Virus record (IMG/VR): IMGVR_UViG_3300021476_000134
Coordinates: 1-27,536 of that record
Length of the DNA: 27,536 bases
DNA from: a virus
Taxonomy: Duplodnaviria > Caudoviricetes
Direction: 5' to 3' (one strand)
The notes under the pieces were generated by a model. That model saw only the letters and a program-made list of their open reading frames with translations. It was not told where the DNA came from and searched no databases. This document shows positions 18,192 through 27,535 of the stretch, piece after piece; within the stretch, counting starts at the first letter, position 1, and each line of letters opens with the position of its first letter. A program made the translations under genes and the position numbers.

Positions 18192-21100
18192 TCACTTCGT
18201 TAGCAGTGGTAGCCCTTCCCGCCACAACTCGTTGGTCGCACAGTCGATCCCACCTTGAAAGAACATCACCCCGTTAAATGGCACCTCGATCACGTCCACG
18301 CCTTTCTTCTCTAGCGCCCGTACCACGCGTCGGTTGCCCTCCGGGAGGAGGACGACGTTCTCGCGGAGGATGATGCCATTCGCGGCCACGCCGGGGTCGG
18401 CCTCGGCGCGTGTAATCTCCACGCAGTCCCAGTCAAGGATTGGCAACGGCAGCAGCCCATCTACGAACCCGGCGCGGTATGCCACACACAGACCCTCGCG
18501 CACCAGCATCAGCACATAGTCGCCATGCTCGAACTCATCCCTGATGTACGCTGGCCAGACTGTGACACCACGCTCAGCCATCAGGTCCGCCACGAACCGA
18601 AACCCAGCCGGGCTAGTGGCCAGGCCGCTGATGGTTATGAGCGCGTCGCTACCAATACGGAATACGTCGCCGCCCTCCAGGTATGGCAGAGGGTCGTCTG
18701 GCTCGCTGTCCGGTATGTCGTCGGGCACTGGCGGCAGGTGCACTATGGTCTTGCCGGTGAATATTGCCTCCGCAGCGCGGCTCTCCTTGCGTCGGTACGG
18801 GGTGCGAGACTGGTTGATGAGGATAGTGTCGCCAATGATGCTGAATGCCTCGCGAATGTACACTTGGGTGTTGCCGACAGGGAACTGCACCGCTACGTCA
18901 AGTGGGACCACTGGTGGGCGCAGGACTTTGATACCCTCCTTCTCCAATATTTCGCACAAGTTATCGAGTTGTTCTATAGCTAATCCGTACTGCTCCGGCG
19001 CGAATACCTCGTAGCTAACCCCGCCCTCTTTTGGCAGTCCAGGTATGCTTGGTTGCCACGGCGCTTGGGCAAATACATTATTCTCAATGGTCCCTACCGC
19101 CACCGATTTCAGTATGTCCCAGTCTCGGATTACACCAACTCTGTCTATAAGGTTGGGAACTGTCTCTACTTGTGGTTCCTCCATCGTCATCACTACTTCA
19201 TTCCTATCTGAACTATCCGCGCGTACCTTATTAAGGATTGTATCAGTGTATTTAAGTGCCTCTTTTCCGAGTGATAAGTCGGCTATTTGAATGTCAGACA
19301 TATTCACATCGGATGGTGGAAAACTACCCACCATCCCAAACTCCTTTAACTTGTTCCGTAAGTTCTCTGGCATCTGTGATCCAGGTGGTACTTTCTTTTT
19401 CTTTGCTGGTTTATGCACGGCACCTTGCTTATTGATTGGTTCAAGATCACCTTCTCCTTTCCTAGTGAACTGTCCGCCGTCTGGCCCCTTACCTTTGTGC
19501 TCGCATCCTTCTTCATCTACCGATAAACTGACCTCTGGGCGCCACTTCTTCTTAACCCGCAGCCTTCTGAACAGCGACCGGCGCTTTCCCCTCACTGTCT
19601 TCATTTTGTGCTTAGTACGCCGCTCAATGTGGGTAGACCTCTTTCCGGCCGGCGGCTCCTTGGCTGTATCAAGCGAGGCGCTGGTAGTTGAGCCTGCACC
19701 CTCGGGCTCGCCGTATACTAAGGAGGTAGTAGTCTCCTCCTCTGGCTTGTCACCCTTCTCAATTGACAAAGCAGATGCTTCGTTAAATACCACAAACACT
19801 TCCATCTCGTGTGCAGATTTAGATGGTATTCCTTTGAGGGCCATTCCAATATCTAATGCTGGCGTGTTTTTAGTGACAATAAGCTCTTCAACTTTACCAC
19901 CTTCTGCCCAATGTTCTGCTACTTTTCTGGATTTCGTATAAGAGAGCCCGCCAACTGATTTCCTCGACTTAGAACCAGGTGGTCTTCCCCTATACACTGT
20001 AATTTCACCTGGATGTAAATACTCCAATGAGCCATTTTTTGTAGTCTGTTTGGCAATTTTTATAACCGCCCTCCTATTCCACAGGTGCTCTCGCCACTCA
20101 CTAATCTTTTGTATCTCCATTCTAGTGAGCCTTCTCCTTGTCCACTTACCCTGTTCATCTCGTGGCTCGCCTGGATCAAATGCAAGAAATACTACTATCG
20201 GCTGCAGCGATAGCCGAATTGACAGTGGTGCTGATGTGACGGCGCGTTGGAACCCAGGTGGCGGCTCGAACGGAGGCATCTTGACAAATGCCTTTTCAGT
20301 TGGCTCAACCCCTGTATCTAGCCACTGCTGCGCCTCCTTGATACCAACCTCGGATGCCTGGCGCACAGTCATTGGTGTCCAGGAGCATCTATCATTATAA
20401 TCCCACGGTGGGCGGAAGGTCTGGAATACCGGGTCGTCGTTTCGGTAAACATTGGTTCCGCCGATGCCGTGCTTCTCCAGTGCTAGGTGGGTTTCTCGCA
20501 CTCGGCTATCGTGAATCGCGTCGTAGGCACTGTAGGGGAATCCGCTGCGCACAAGCGGATGGTTTAGTACCACCATCTGCCCATCCGAGAAGGCGCCCTG
20601 TACATTGGTGCGAAATACGGTCTCTTGGTGCCCCTCCGATAAGAAAGTACCCTGGTCCATGTCCGTCAGAACTTTCTGCTTCCATGTCTCATAGTCCGCG
20701 CCCTCCCTGATATTCTCTGCCAGCGAATCGCGTATCTTCGTTAGCGTCTCCTCAGCTTCGACGTTGGCAACTGTGAACGCCTTCGCGCGCGCTGCCGCAT
20801 CCAGCGCGTCGAACCGTTCGCGCGTCATAACGTTCTTTTCGGACAGCTCCTTGACCGCCTCGTCGATAATTGGAAAGTGGATGCTCTCTGGCGCGCCCGG
20901 TGGAGGCTCCGGCGGGGTAAACTTTGGTGGCACGATAGGACCACCAGCTTCCTTGGCTGCGAGCGCTTGCTGAGCGTAGGTCTGTTGGTTAGCAGGCAGA
21001 TCGTAGATTGCCTTGGCGCGCGCCTCGCCTGTCAGCTGTGATAAGTGATTTATCAGCTCAACTGCTTTCTGCGGCTCCAAGGTTGGGGGCGGCGGCACAG

Positions 21101-22091
21101 CACCTGGGAAGATAGCAAGTGTAGGTACCTTAGCAGCAACCTCGCGCGCACCCTCTAGCAGCGAGGCAAGCTGGGTGGTACTTAGGAGCTTAGCAAGCTG
21201 GAGGCGATACTTGTCGATAAACTTCAGTATTGCAGTACCGGAGTCCTTCGCAGACTTTTTTAGCGCTGCCTCCAAATCCTTTCGCGCGGTGGTGCCGATC
21301 CCCTTTGCAGCCTGCAGCGAGCGGTTCAAGATGCCTTGGGCGCGGCGGTTGTGGATGTCGAAGGCAAATGGTGCGTCTAAGAGTGCAACGTCTACTGGTA
21401 GTGGTGGATCACCGTTCTCGTCCACCGCGTCCTGCTCGATCTCGACCTCGTCCGGCATCGGCTGTGTGGACACGATATAGTTGGCGGCGCTGAGTGCGGC
21501 CTCCACGTCGCCGTCTGACTCTCGGAGACAGTGGCGTACTACACTATTGGCCCACAGAGCAAGCGACATTCCCTTTCCACCACGAAGCTGTTGCATGTGA
21601 TCCAACAGTTTTCCATATCCAACAATTACTTCATATTGGTTAGGTAAGAATTCATCTTGATATTCTTTCGGCAGCTTAGTGGTATCCACTATAATTTCAT
21701 CAGGGTAGACAGTCTTCTTGAATATCTTTCCCTTGCCATCATTTCCCTCTAGCAATGCTTTTGCAAACTCAAGTGAATATGTAAATGATCTGATATACTG
21801 GCCAGTCGATCCACTACCTTTTTCTTGTGCCACATATCTATATAGCACAACCGGTTTGTTAGGACGATAACTCGACATCTCTCTTATTACACCGTCACTA
21901 GGTATATATGTCTGAGTACCTGAGACCCCTTCCTTCCCGAATATATATGTATCGATCCAACTATGCGAATCCTTAGACACCTTGAACTTGTTGGGGTTGT
22001 ATACAGCACTGCTACTATCTGGCACACCACTTGGTGCAAACTCACCAGGTCTCTTGCCATCGTGGAAGGTAGTCTCACGTGATTGAGTCAT
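18192..22091 (-). CDS. multidomain MuF (Mu gpF/SPP1 gp7-like) minor head protein with two ART-like modules and a C-terminal amidinotransferase/pentein domain
   Basis: Directly follows the portal. MuF motifs ARAKAFTVA, ETVFRTNVQGAFSDG, YDAIHDSRVRETH and PPWDYNDRC (about 20370-20820). Pentein motifs WDILKSVAVG, LEGGDV, HGD and GGIDCAT (18192-19190). Confidence 0.88.
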   Translation of the reverse strand: MTQSRETTFHDGKRPGEFAPSGVPDSSSAVYNPNKFKVSKDSHSWIDTYIFGKEGVSGTQTYIPSDGVIREMSSYRPNKPVVLYRYVAQEKGSGSTGQYIRSFTYSLEFAKALLEGNDGKGKIFKKTVYPDEIIVDTTKLPKEYQDEFLPNQYEVIVGYGKLLDHMQQLRGGKGMSLALWANSVVRHCLRESDGDVEAALSAANYIVSTQPMPDEVEIEQDAVDENGDPPLPVDVALLDAPFAFDIHNRRAQGILNRSLQAAKGIGTTARKDLEAALKKSAKDSGTAILKFIDKYRLQLAKLLSTTQLASLLEGAREVAAKVPTLAIFPGAVPPPPTLEPQKAVELINHLSQLTGEARAKAIYDLPANQQTYAQQALAAKEAGGPIVPPKFTPPEPPPGAPESIHFPIIDEAVKELSEKNVMTRERFDALDAAARAKAFTVANVEAEETLTKIRDSLAENIREGADYETWKQKVLTDMDQGTFLSEGHQETVFRTNVQGAFSDGQMVVLNHPLVRSGFPYSAYDAIHDSRVRETHLALEKHGIGGTNVYRNDDPVFQTFRPPWDYNDRCSWTPMTVRQASEVGIKEAQQWLDTGVEPTEKAFVKMPPFEPPPGFQRAVTSAPLSIRLSLQPIVVFLAFDPGEPRDEQGKWTRRRLTRMEIQKISEWREHLWNRRAVIKIAKQTTKNGSLEYLHPGEITVYRGRPPGSKSRKSVGGLSYTKSRKVAEHWAEGGKVEELIVTKNTPALDIGMALKGIPSKSAHEMEVFVVFNEASALSIEKGDKPEEETTTSLVYGEPEGAGSTTSASLDTAKEPPAGKRSTHIERRTKHKMKTVRGKRRSLFRRLRVKKKWRPEVSLSVDEEGCEHKGKGPDGGQFTRKGEGDLEPINKQGAVHKPAKKKKVPPGSQMPENLRNKLKEFGMVGSFPPSDVNMSDIQIADLSLGKEALKYTDTILNKVRADSSDRNEVVMTMEEPQVETVPNLIDRVGVIRDWDILKSVAVGTIENNVFAQAPWQPSIPGLPKEGGVSYEVFAPEQYGLAIEQLDNLCEILEKEGIKVLRPPVVPLDVAVQFPVGNTQVYIREAFSIIGDTILINQSRTPYRRKESRAAEAIFTGKTIVHLPPVPDDIPDSEPDDPLPYLEGGDVFRIGSDALITISGLATSPAGFRFVADLMAERGVTVWPAYIRDEFEHGDYVLMLVREGLCVAYRAGFVDGLLPLPILDWDCVEITRAEADPGVAANGIILRENVVLLPEGNRRVVRALEKKGVDVIEVPFNGVMFFQGGIDCATNELWREGLPLLTK

Positions 22092-23488
22092 GTCATCCTC
22101 CTCAGCACCTTGCGGATAATATCCTGCACCTTCACACTGGCCTCACTCGAAAATGCTGGCTGCTGCATCTGTGGTGGTGGTGCTGGAGTAGGTGGCTGCG
22201 ATTGTGGTGGTTGCTGTCCGTTAGGCTGTTGCCCGTTAGGTTGTTGGCCGGGCTGTTGCTGCTGGTCGGGCTGCTTTGCCTCAGCCTGCGACTTAAGGAG
22301 TGATTTACAGCTCACCTCGAACGATACGTCGCCAAAGTTCCATAGCACTAATGGACGGACTACCTGGTCGACAAATATCTGGAGCATGTGGTCGGCAATC
22401 TTTTGCTGTCCATCAAGGAATGCCTCGCGCGGGATGCTGCGCCCACTGTACCCACTGCCGGTTCCGCCGGCGCGCACCAGTTCCGGCGGAACACCGACGC
22501 CGTATAATATCTGGTCCTCTAGGTACTTAGCGACGTCGATCAGTGGGCGCACATCCATAACGTGATCGGGCCACTCTATCGCCCACTTGTCGCCACCGCC
22601 CATTGACGCTGGGTACTTAGCACTGGATAGGGTGAACCCCGCGCCGGCCTTAGCCCACTCCACCATCTGGCGGGCTACGTCACGGGCATTACGGCGCGGA
22701 TTGCCGGCGCTGTCCGGCTGCGTCGCCGGGACACCCTGCTTTGCCGTCTGCATATCCTCCGGCGGGTGTCGTACTACTGGCCCCTTGTACCCAGCACGGT
22801 AGACAGCGGCGTCGATGACCTGCTCCACGCAGTCTTTCCATCCAAGCCGCCGCCACGGACGCCATGCCCCGATAAGCTGTGAGCGTCCGTAGAACAGGTT
22901 GAACCGTGGGCGGTGCGGGTACCAGCATGCCTTGGCCGGGATGCTCTCAGACGCGAACCACAGATCCACCGGCTGGCTGTCGCGCACGTTCTTGACGCGG
23001 ACACCAATAGGCTGGTAGTTGAGGGTTAAGATATAGGCGTCATTGGGGTGGAAGTTCTTTAGGTGATCCCATATCATCATTCCCTTGATTTCTCTATACA
23101 TATGCTGACCCGGCGCCCACCCATAGGCGTATCCCTCTTGAAGGAGTGGCATCCCGCGCTGCCAGAACCGCTCGACGTGTGCAAGCACGAACTCCGCGAC
23201 GCGCTTGTCCGGGCTAATTAGCTTTCCCTTCTCGTTGTCTGGGTTATTGTGATCCGGTCCTCCCCAGAACTCTGCCCCGGCGATACCCGACTTGTAGTAG
23301 TCAAGTGCGGTCTGCACGGTCGGGTGGAACTGCATAAACTCTAAGTCACGGCGCAGCGTGATCTGTGGCATGTCGCTGCCAGCGAGCCACAGGGATTCTA
23401 ATGGCATGACTGGGCGGTAGCCAACGGTAGGGTCGTCCTCCAACGCTTCGGCGATCCTGTTGGTGTCGATGGCACCGTTGGCGTCCAC
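22088..23488 (-). CDS. phage portal protein (Mu gp29/DUF935-like)
   Basis: 466 aa, immediately upstream of MuF. Contains YGW, YGRSQL..AW..W, G.P.....P, YLEDQILYGVGVP, GSGYSG and QVVRPLVLWNFG, with a Q/P-rich tail. Confidence 0.8.
   Translation of the reverse strand: MDANGAIDTNRIAEALEDDPTVGYRPVMPLESLWLAGSDMPQITLRRDLEFMQFHPTVQTALDYYKSGIAGAEFWGGPDHNNPDNEKGKLISPDKRVAEFVLAHVERFWQRGMPLLQEGYAYGWAPGQHMYREIKGMMIWDHLKNFHPNDAYILTLNYQPIGVRVKNVRDSQPVDLWFASESIPAKACWYPHRPRFNLFYGRSQLIGAWRPWRRLGWKDCVEQVIDAAVYRAGYKGPVVRHPPEDMQTAKQGVPATQPDSAGNPRRNARDVARQMVEWAKAGAGFTLSSAKYPASMGGGDKWAIEWPDHVMDVRPLIDVAKYLEDQILYGVGVPPELVRAGGTGSGYSGRSIPREAFLDGQQKIADHMLQIFVDQVVRPLVLWNFGDVSFEVSCKSLLKSQAEAKQPDQQQQPGQQPNGQQPNGQQPPQSQPPTPAPPPQMQQPAFSSEASVKVQDIIRKVLRRMT
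22165..22275 (-). repeat. Gln/Pro low-complexity tail of the portal (QQPGQQPNGQQPNGQQPP)
   Basis: Short imperfect tandem repeat in both DNA and protein. Confidence 0.7.
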
Positions 23489-24180
23489 TACTTCACCCTT
23501 TGGGCAGAGCTGACCGCATTGTCATCTGCTGTAGTATATGGCGATTGCATACCAGCCGGAGATGCCACTGTACCCGCTATGTGTGCAGACGGGTCGGCTG
23601 CCGGTATGTAGTTGCTTGTTGGAGGGGATATGGTCGTGTACCACAGCGACCACTCCGCATGCCACAAGATCACACCGGAGTAGTTTCCACCCGGCGCGAT
23701 GCGGTTGAACGCCCACTGTGGGTTCTTGTCGTATGGAATTGCAGCAACACCCCCAATGAGCTTTATAGCCGGTATTGGTACCTGGTACCCAATGCGCAGT
23801 GCCTGCCCCCATAGTCGGAACCAGTACCGCGAGTGCCCCATACGCTGCACGATGTCTTGGTATTGGTCCTGACATTTTAGATTAACACCGAGGTTGATAT
23901 GCTGATCCAGTTCTGGGTCGTCAAGGAATGCCGATGACAGTGTATCGAATCCCTTATTCACCTGTGGAAGGCGGTTGTGAACCACGATACCTGAATCAAG
24001 CATCACACCGACGGTGCAATCGTAATACACATAGGAGCCCGCCGGGTCCGTCGCCCATAGAATCAGCTGGTTCCGTTCCGCAACGATGCCGGTGTCAGTG
24101 TCGGACTTACCAACCTTGACATTGCTGTTCTGTGGCAACCCTGCCGCAATGTTTTCCTCTAAGAACGGCATTCTAACCAC
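23488..24180 (-). CDS. hypothetical, probably virion structural protein
   Basis: 230 aa, overlapping both neighbours within the morphogenesis operon. Confidence 0.6.
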   Translation of the reverse strand: MVRMPFLEENIAAGLPQNSNVKVGKSDTDTGIVAERNQLILWATDPAGSYVYYDCTVGVMLDSGIVVHNRLPQVNKGFDTLSSAFLDDPELDQHINLGVNLKCQDQYQDIVQRMGHSRYWFRLWGQALRIGYQVPIPAIKLIGGVAAIPYDKNPQWAFNRIAPGGNYSGVILWHAEWSLWYTTISPPTSNYIPAADPSAHIAGTVASPAGMQSPYTTADDNAVSSAQRVK

Positions 24181-25570
24181 CTCCGAAGTCGACGATCACG
24201 TCCAGCTTGGGGTCGAGCCTGTTCTGCAACCACGACTTCGATCCGCTGATACCGCGCACGGAGGCAGTCCATAGGTTGCTGCCTCGAGCGTCCACGTCTG
24301 GTACTTTCTCCCACATGCCGCTAGCTGTTAAAATTGTGTCAAAGACTGACACTAGCCGCCACGTCGCCGAAAATGACGTTGTCTTTGAGTCAAGGTACAG
24401 CCCCTCGTCACCGGAGAATTCAATTAGCCATGCGTTCACTTCTATTCGTTTGGGGTCCATGACCGCTTCTTGCTTTTTGAGAAGTTGCTCCCAGAATTTT
24501 ACGGGCTCTTGGTTAGGATCGTATGGCGGCGCTTGCCAATCCAGGGGGTTTTGTGGCGGTGGTGGATTTGGATTGTCTTTTATCGAGATTCTACCTAACG
24601 TAGAGAACCTCATACGTTCGCGTAGGAGAGCCAGGAACGCAAACCATGCGATCCGTCTCGGTGCACCGCCTCGAACCGTATACGTCGCCCGCAGTGTGCA
24701 TAGCCAGTTGCATAAGCCCGCCCCCGCCTTGACTTGTCGAAAACTGTATGTTCCACGCGCGACAGTACAGTCCGGCGGCGGTTGCATGTACGGTATCTCT
24801 TCCACCTGTATATCCCACTCCAACGTCCGCTTGTCGCGCGACACAGAGTAGCTCCGGCGCGCTACCCGGAACCTCGTCAGGTCGATCCCGACTAGAACCC
24901 GATTGTCGAGAATAGTCCTAATGTCGTCCACAGTTGCAGTCAGTATACGGGTTGTTTGGTTCGGGGTGCGTGTCATTGCCACCTCAGCGGTGCCATGTAC
25001 CGATAGTGAGCTGTACCCGTCCTCGCCGTATGATACTACCGTTTCGTAGTTAAACTGTATCAATGGGAGGGCCGCTATCCCGCCAGCGCCGCCAACACCC
25101 TTGATAGGTAGGGTTATAGCTTGACGTATCTCTGGGATACGTATTTTAACTACCCACTTGATCTTTGCCGACAGACCGCCGCCGAGTGGCTGGAATTCGA
25201 GGACATCCGGTACTGGCCCCCACGCGACATCCTTAACACTCGCGCCAGCCTGAGCGCCAGCAGCCGGGTTAACAACTATGTCGCACCCACGCCCCTGGTA
25301 CACGAGGGAACCGCCTTGCGCTGATAGCAGATTACGGAGGGTTGCCATCGCACCGGCTGTCGAAGTAGCCCCAGCCGGCAGTGTGACGTACCCATCAGCA
25401 GCTATGGTGTAGTCCATAAACTTGACCGTGCGCTGCGCGTTGTCCTTAACAGCGGCACCAGCTACATATGTCTCGAATAGAGGTGAGAATGTGCAGCCGT
25501 TGTAGTTAAGTGCGCCCACATCGGGGAGCGTGGCTACGCCAGTCGTGAAGTTGAATGTGTTAACGACCAT
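24173..25570 (-). CDS. hypothetical tail-associated protein downstream of the tape measure
   Basis: 465-aa beta-rich ORF, TAATG-coupled to the tape-measure-like gene. The call is positional. Confidence 0.55.
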   Translation of the reverse strand: MVVNTFNFTTGVATLPDVGALNYNGCTFSPLFETYVAGAAVKDNAQRTVKFMDYTIAADGYVTLPAGATSTAGAMATLRNLLSAQGGSLVYQGRGCDIVVNPAAGAQAGASVKDVAWGPVPDVLEFQPLGGGLSAKIKWVVKIRIPEIRQAITLPIKGVGGAGGIAALPLIQFNYETVVSYGEDGYSSLSVHGTAEVAMTRTPNQTTRILTATVDDIRTILDNRVLVGIDLTRFRVARRSYSVSRDKRTLEWDIQVEEIPYMQPPPDCTVARGTYSFRQVKAGAGLCNWLCTLRATYTVRGGAPRRIAWFAFLALLRERMRFSTLGRISIKDNPNPPPPQNPLDWQAPPYDPNQEPVKFWEQLLKKQEAVMDPKRIEVNAWLIEFSGDEGLYLDSKTTSFSATWRLVSVFDTILTASGMWEKVPDVDARGSNLWTASVRGISGSKSWLQNRLDPKLDVIVDFGGG

Positions 25571-27042
25571 TACAACAGTGGCACCTCCACACCGCCCCGG
25601 AGGAGCGTTTCGGTTGGGTCTTTTATGTCCTTATCCTTCTGACCTTCAACAAATTCCCTCAGAGCTTTGTGCGCGCCCTCAACATCGAATGCCAACGTTT
25701 TTAGCGCGATACTCGACAATTGGATATTAGCATCTACCCCTCTCGCAAGCAATGTTATTCCATTCAAGATGCTTGTCACCAATGGAAGGAACTGCTTTAA
25801 GAGATGTATCTTCGCGTCCTCGAACTTCTCCTGCAGGTCCGCCTGTGCCTTGACGTACTGCGCCATCTCTGGCCCGATCTCTCTGGACCGACGGAGGTCT
25901 CCAAGCGTGTGGTGTACCTCCGCAATAGCCTGCGCCTGTGCGATCTCTGGACTGTACTCACCGTAGCGTTCTGCCGTCTTATCGAGCGCCTGCATCAAAG
26001 TAGCGAATGCCTTTCCAGCCTCGCCAGTAGCAACAACCATGTATCCGAGTATAGGCACATATTCAGTTATCTTCTCGCCGAACTTGCTCACCGCGTCGCT
26101 AGCCTGCGCTATTGGAACCGACGGGTCTGGGTTAGCAGAAGCGATGCCAGCGGCGACCGCTCCAACAGTGCCAATGGTACTTTTTATCGAACCTATTACC
26201 GCCTTGTCGATGGTGTCCTTGATAGCCTTAGCTGCTATTACAATAGCACCTATTGGCCCAGCTGCTGCCGCAGCCGCGGCCATCCCACCACCAGCAGCGG
26301 CAGCTCCTCCAGCAGCTTCAGCTCCAGCGGCCCCAGCGGCCCCAGCGGCAGCCTCTCCTCCGGCCCCTTCGGCCGCGGCGGCCGTCGGAGCGCTCTTAGT
26401 TGCAGTGGTAGTACCTCCAGATGGCGCAATTCCTTTCAGCAGATCGGCCTTGTCCTTCTCCTTCGTTGCCTCCACCTGAGCCTTGCGGAATCCGACTGCA
26501 ACATCAAGCGCTGCGCCAACAGTTGTCCCGGCCAGACCACCTATCGTACCACGTAGGCTATCTGCTACCTTGAGCAACTGGTCGAGCTGTGTTTTCTTGT
26601 CCTGACCGCCATACTGCTGCTTATAGGCGGCATCAATCTGCGCGGCACGCTGCTCAGCCTCGCGCCGTTTCTGAGCCTCAGCAACCGGGTCGAACGCCGC
26701 CTCTAGTGTTGGAGGTTCCGGTGGTACTAACTTTGCGTACTCTGCGTCCACCGCCCATCGCTTCTTGTCTGCCTCTAATCGCTTACGCGCCTCTTCAGCC
26801 GGGTCGAACGGTATCTTTGTGGGCTGGAACTTTGCATATTCTAGGTCGACTGCGGCCCGACGCTTATCAGCCTCGAACCTCTTCTGAGCTTCCTTTGCCG
26901 GGTCGAATGGTGGCTCGGCCGTCGGTGCAGGTCTTTGGCGCGGTTGAGACGGCGCTATCTGAGTAGGTTGGCGCGCACCGCCAACGTCGAGCGCAGTACC
27001 CTGGTCCTGGAGGACTATCCTAAGTACGGCTTCGTCCGCCAT
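25570..27042 (-). CDS. short tape-measure-like protein
   Basis: Ala/Gly-rich helical composition, AAAAGPIGAIVIAA segment, N-terminal LRIVL motif, and position after a tube-like gene. Confidence 0.6.
   Translation of the reverse strand: MADEAVLRIVLQDQGTALDVGGARQPTQIAPSQPRQRPAPTAEPPFDPAKEAQKRFEADKRRAAVDLEYAKFQPTKIPFDPAEEARKRLEADKKRWAVDAEYAKLVPPEPPTLEAAFDPVAEAQKRREAEQRAAQIDAAYKQQYGGQDKKTQLDQLLKVADSLRGTIGGLAGTTVGAALDVAVGFRKAQVEATKEKDKADLLKGIAPSGGTTTATKSAPTAAAAEGAGGEAAAGAAGAAGAEAAGGAAAAGGGMAAAAAAAGPIGAIVIAAKAIKDTIDKAVIGSIKSTIGTVGAVAAGIASANPDPSVPIAQASDAVSKFGEKITEYVPILGYMVVATGEAGKAFATLMQALDKTAERYGEYSPEIAQAQAIAEVHHTLGDLRRSREIGPEMAQYVKAQADLQEKFEDAKIHLLKQFLPLVTSILNGITLLARGVDANIQLSSIALKTLAFDVEGAHKALREFVEGQKDKDIKDPTETLLRGGVEVPLL
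26615..26910 (-). repeat. three copies of an FDP..EA.KR.EA.....A.DA.Y repeat
   Basis: FDPAKEAQKRFEADKRRAAVDLEY, FDPAEEARKRLEADKKRWAVDAEY and FDPVAEAQKRREAEQRAAQIDAAY. Confidence 0.85.
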
Positions 27043-27052
27043 CAGGTACCTG

Positions 27053-27535
27053 CTATGTTGTGGTGAATGATAGATTGACAGTCAGGCTACCAATGACCGC
27101 CTGATATGGAAGTAGGACCATCTCAAACGGCGCCTCGCGCACTTTGCTAGTCATAAGGTATTCAACGTTGGACTGCGGTGCGACGATGGCATTGCTGGCG
27201 GTCAGGGTTTGCACAAAAGTCGGTGGGTTGCCGAGAACTGCCGTAAGAACCAGTGCTTGGGCGTACTTGCTGAACCGGTCGCCAACGTTAGCTAGAGTCG
27301 GCGTGAATGTCGTGCTCGGCGCGCCTGTCGAGCCAAAGGCTTGGATCGCTGCCAGGATGCCGGCCTTGTTGAACTCTAGTCCGCGAAAACGCAGTCTCCA
27401 GTTGAGACCTCGCCATATCGCCTCCACTAATGTCATGCCATAAGCATCGGTGGCATTGACCTCCTGTCCCTGGAACGAGCCAGCAAGGACATATCCATCA
27501 TCATTCTGCGTGCCGAGCGAGAATGCATTCCATAA
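27053..27535 (-). CDS. probable tail tube protein (5' end outside the window)
   Basis: The frame stays open upstream of the listed ATG to the window edge: LWNAFSLGTQNDDGYVLAGSFQGQEVNATDAYGMTLVEAIWRG. The LG...DG.../D.YG pattern and the position before the tape measure fit a tube protein. Confidence 0.5.
   Translation of the reverse strand, partial: LWNAFSLGTQNDDGYVLAGSFQGQEVNATDAYGMTLVEAIWRGLNWRLRFRGLEFNKAGILAAIQAFGSTGAPSTTFTPTLANVGDRFSKYAQALVLTAVLGNPPTFVQTLTASNAIVAPQSNVEYLMTSKVREAPFEMVLLPYQAVIGSLTVNLSFTTT

Noticed and set aside
316-27443. Numerous plus-strand ORFs (e.g. 12694-13284, 19291-19941, 24207-24851, 25804-26556)
   Set aside because: They are antisense shadows of motif-bearing minus-strand genes.
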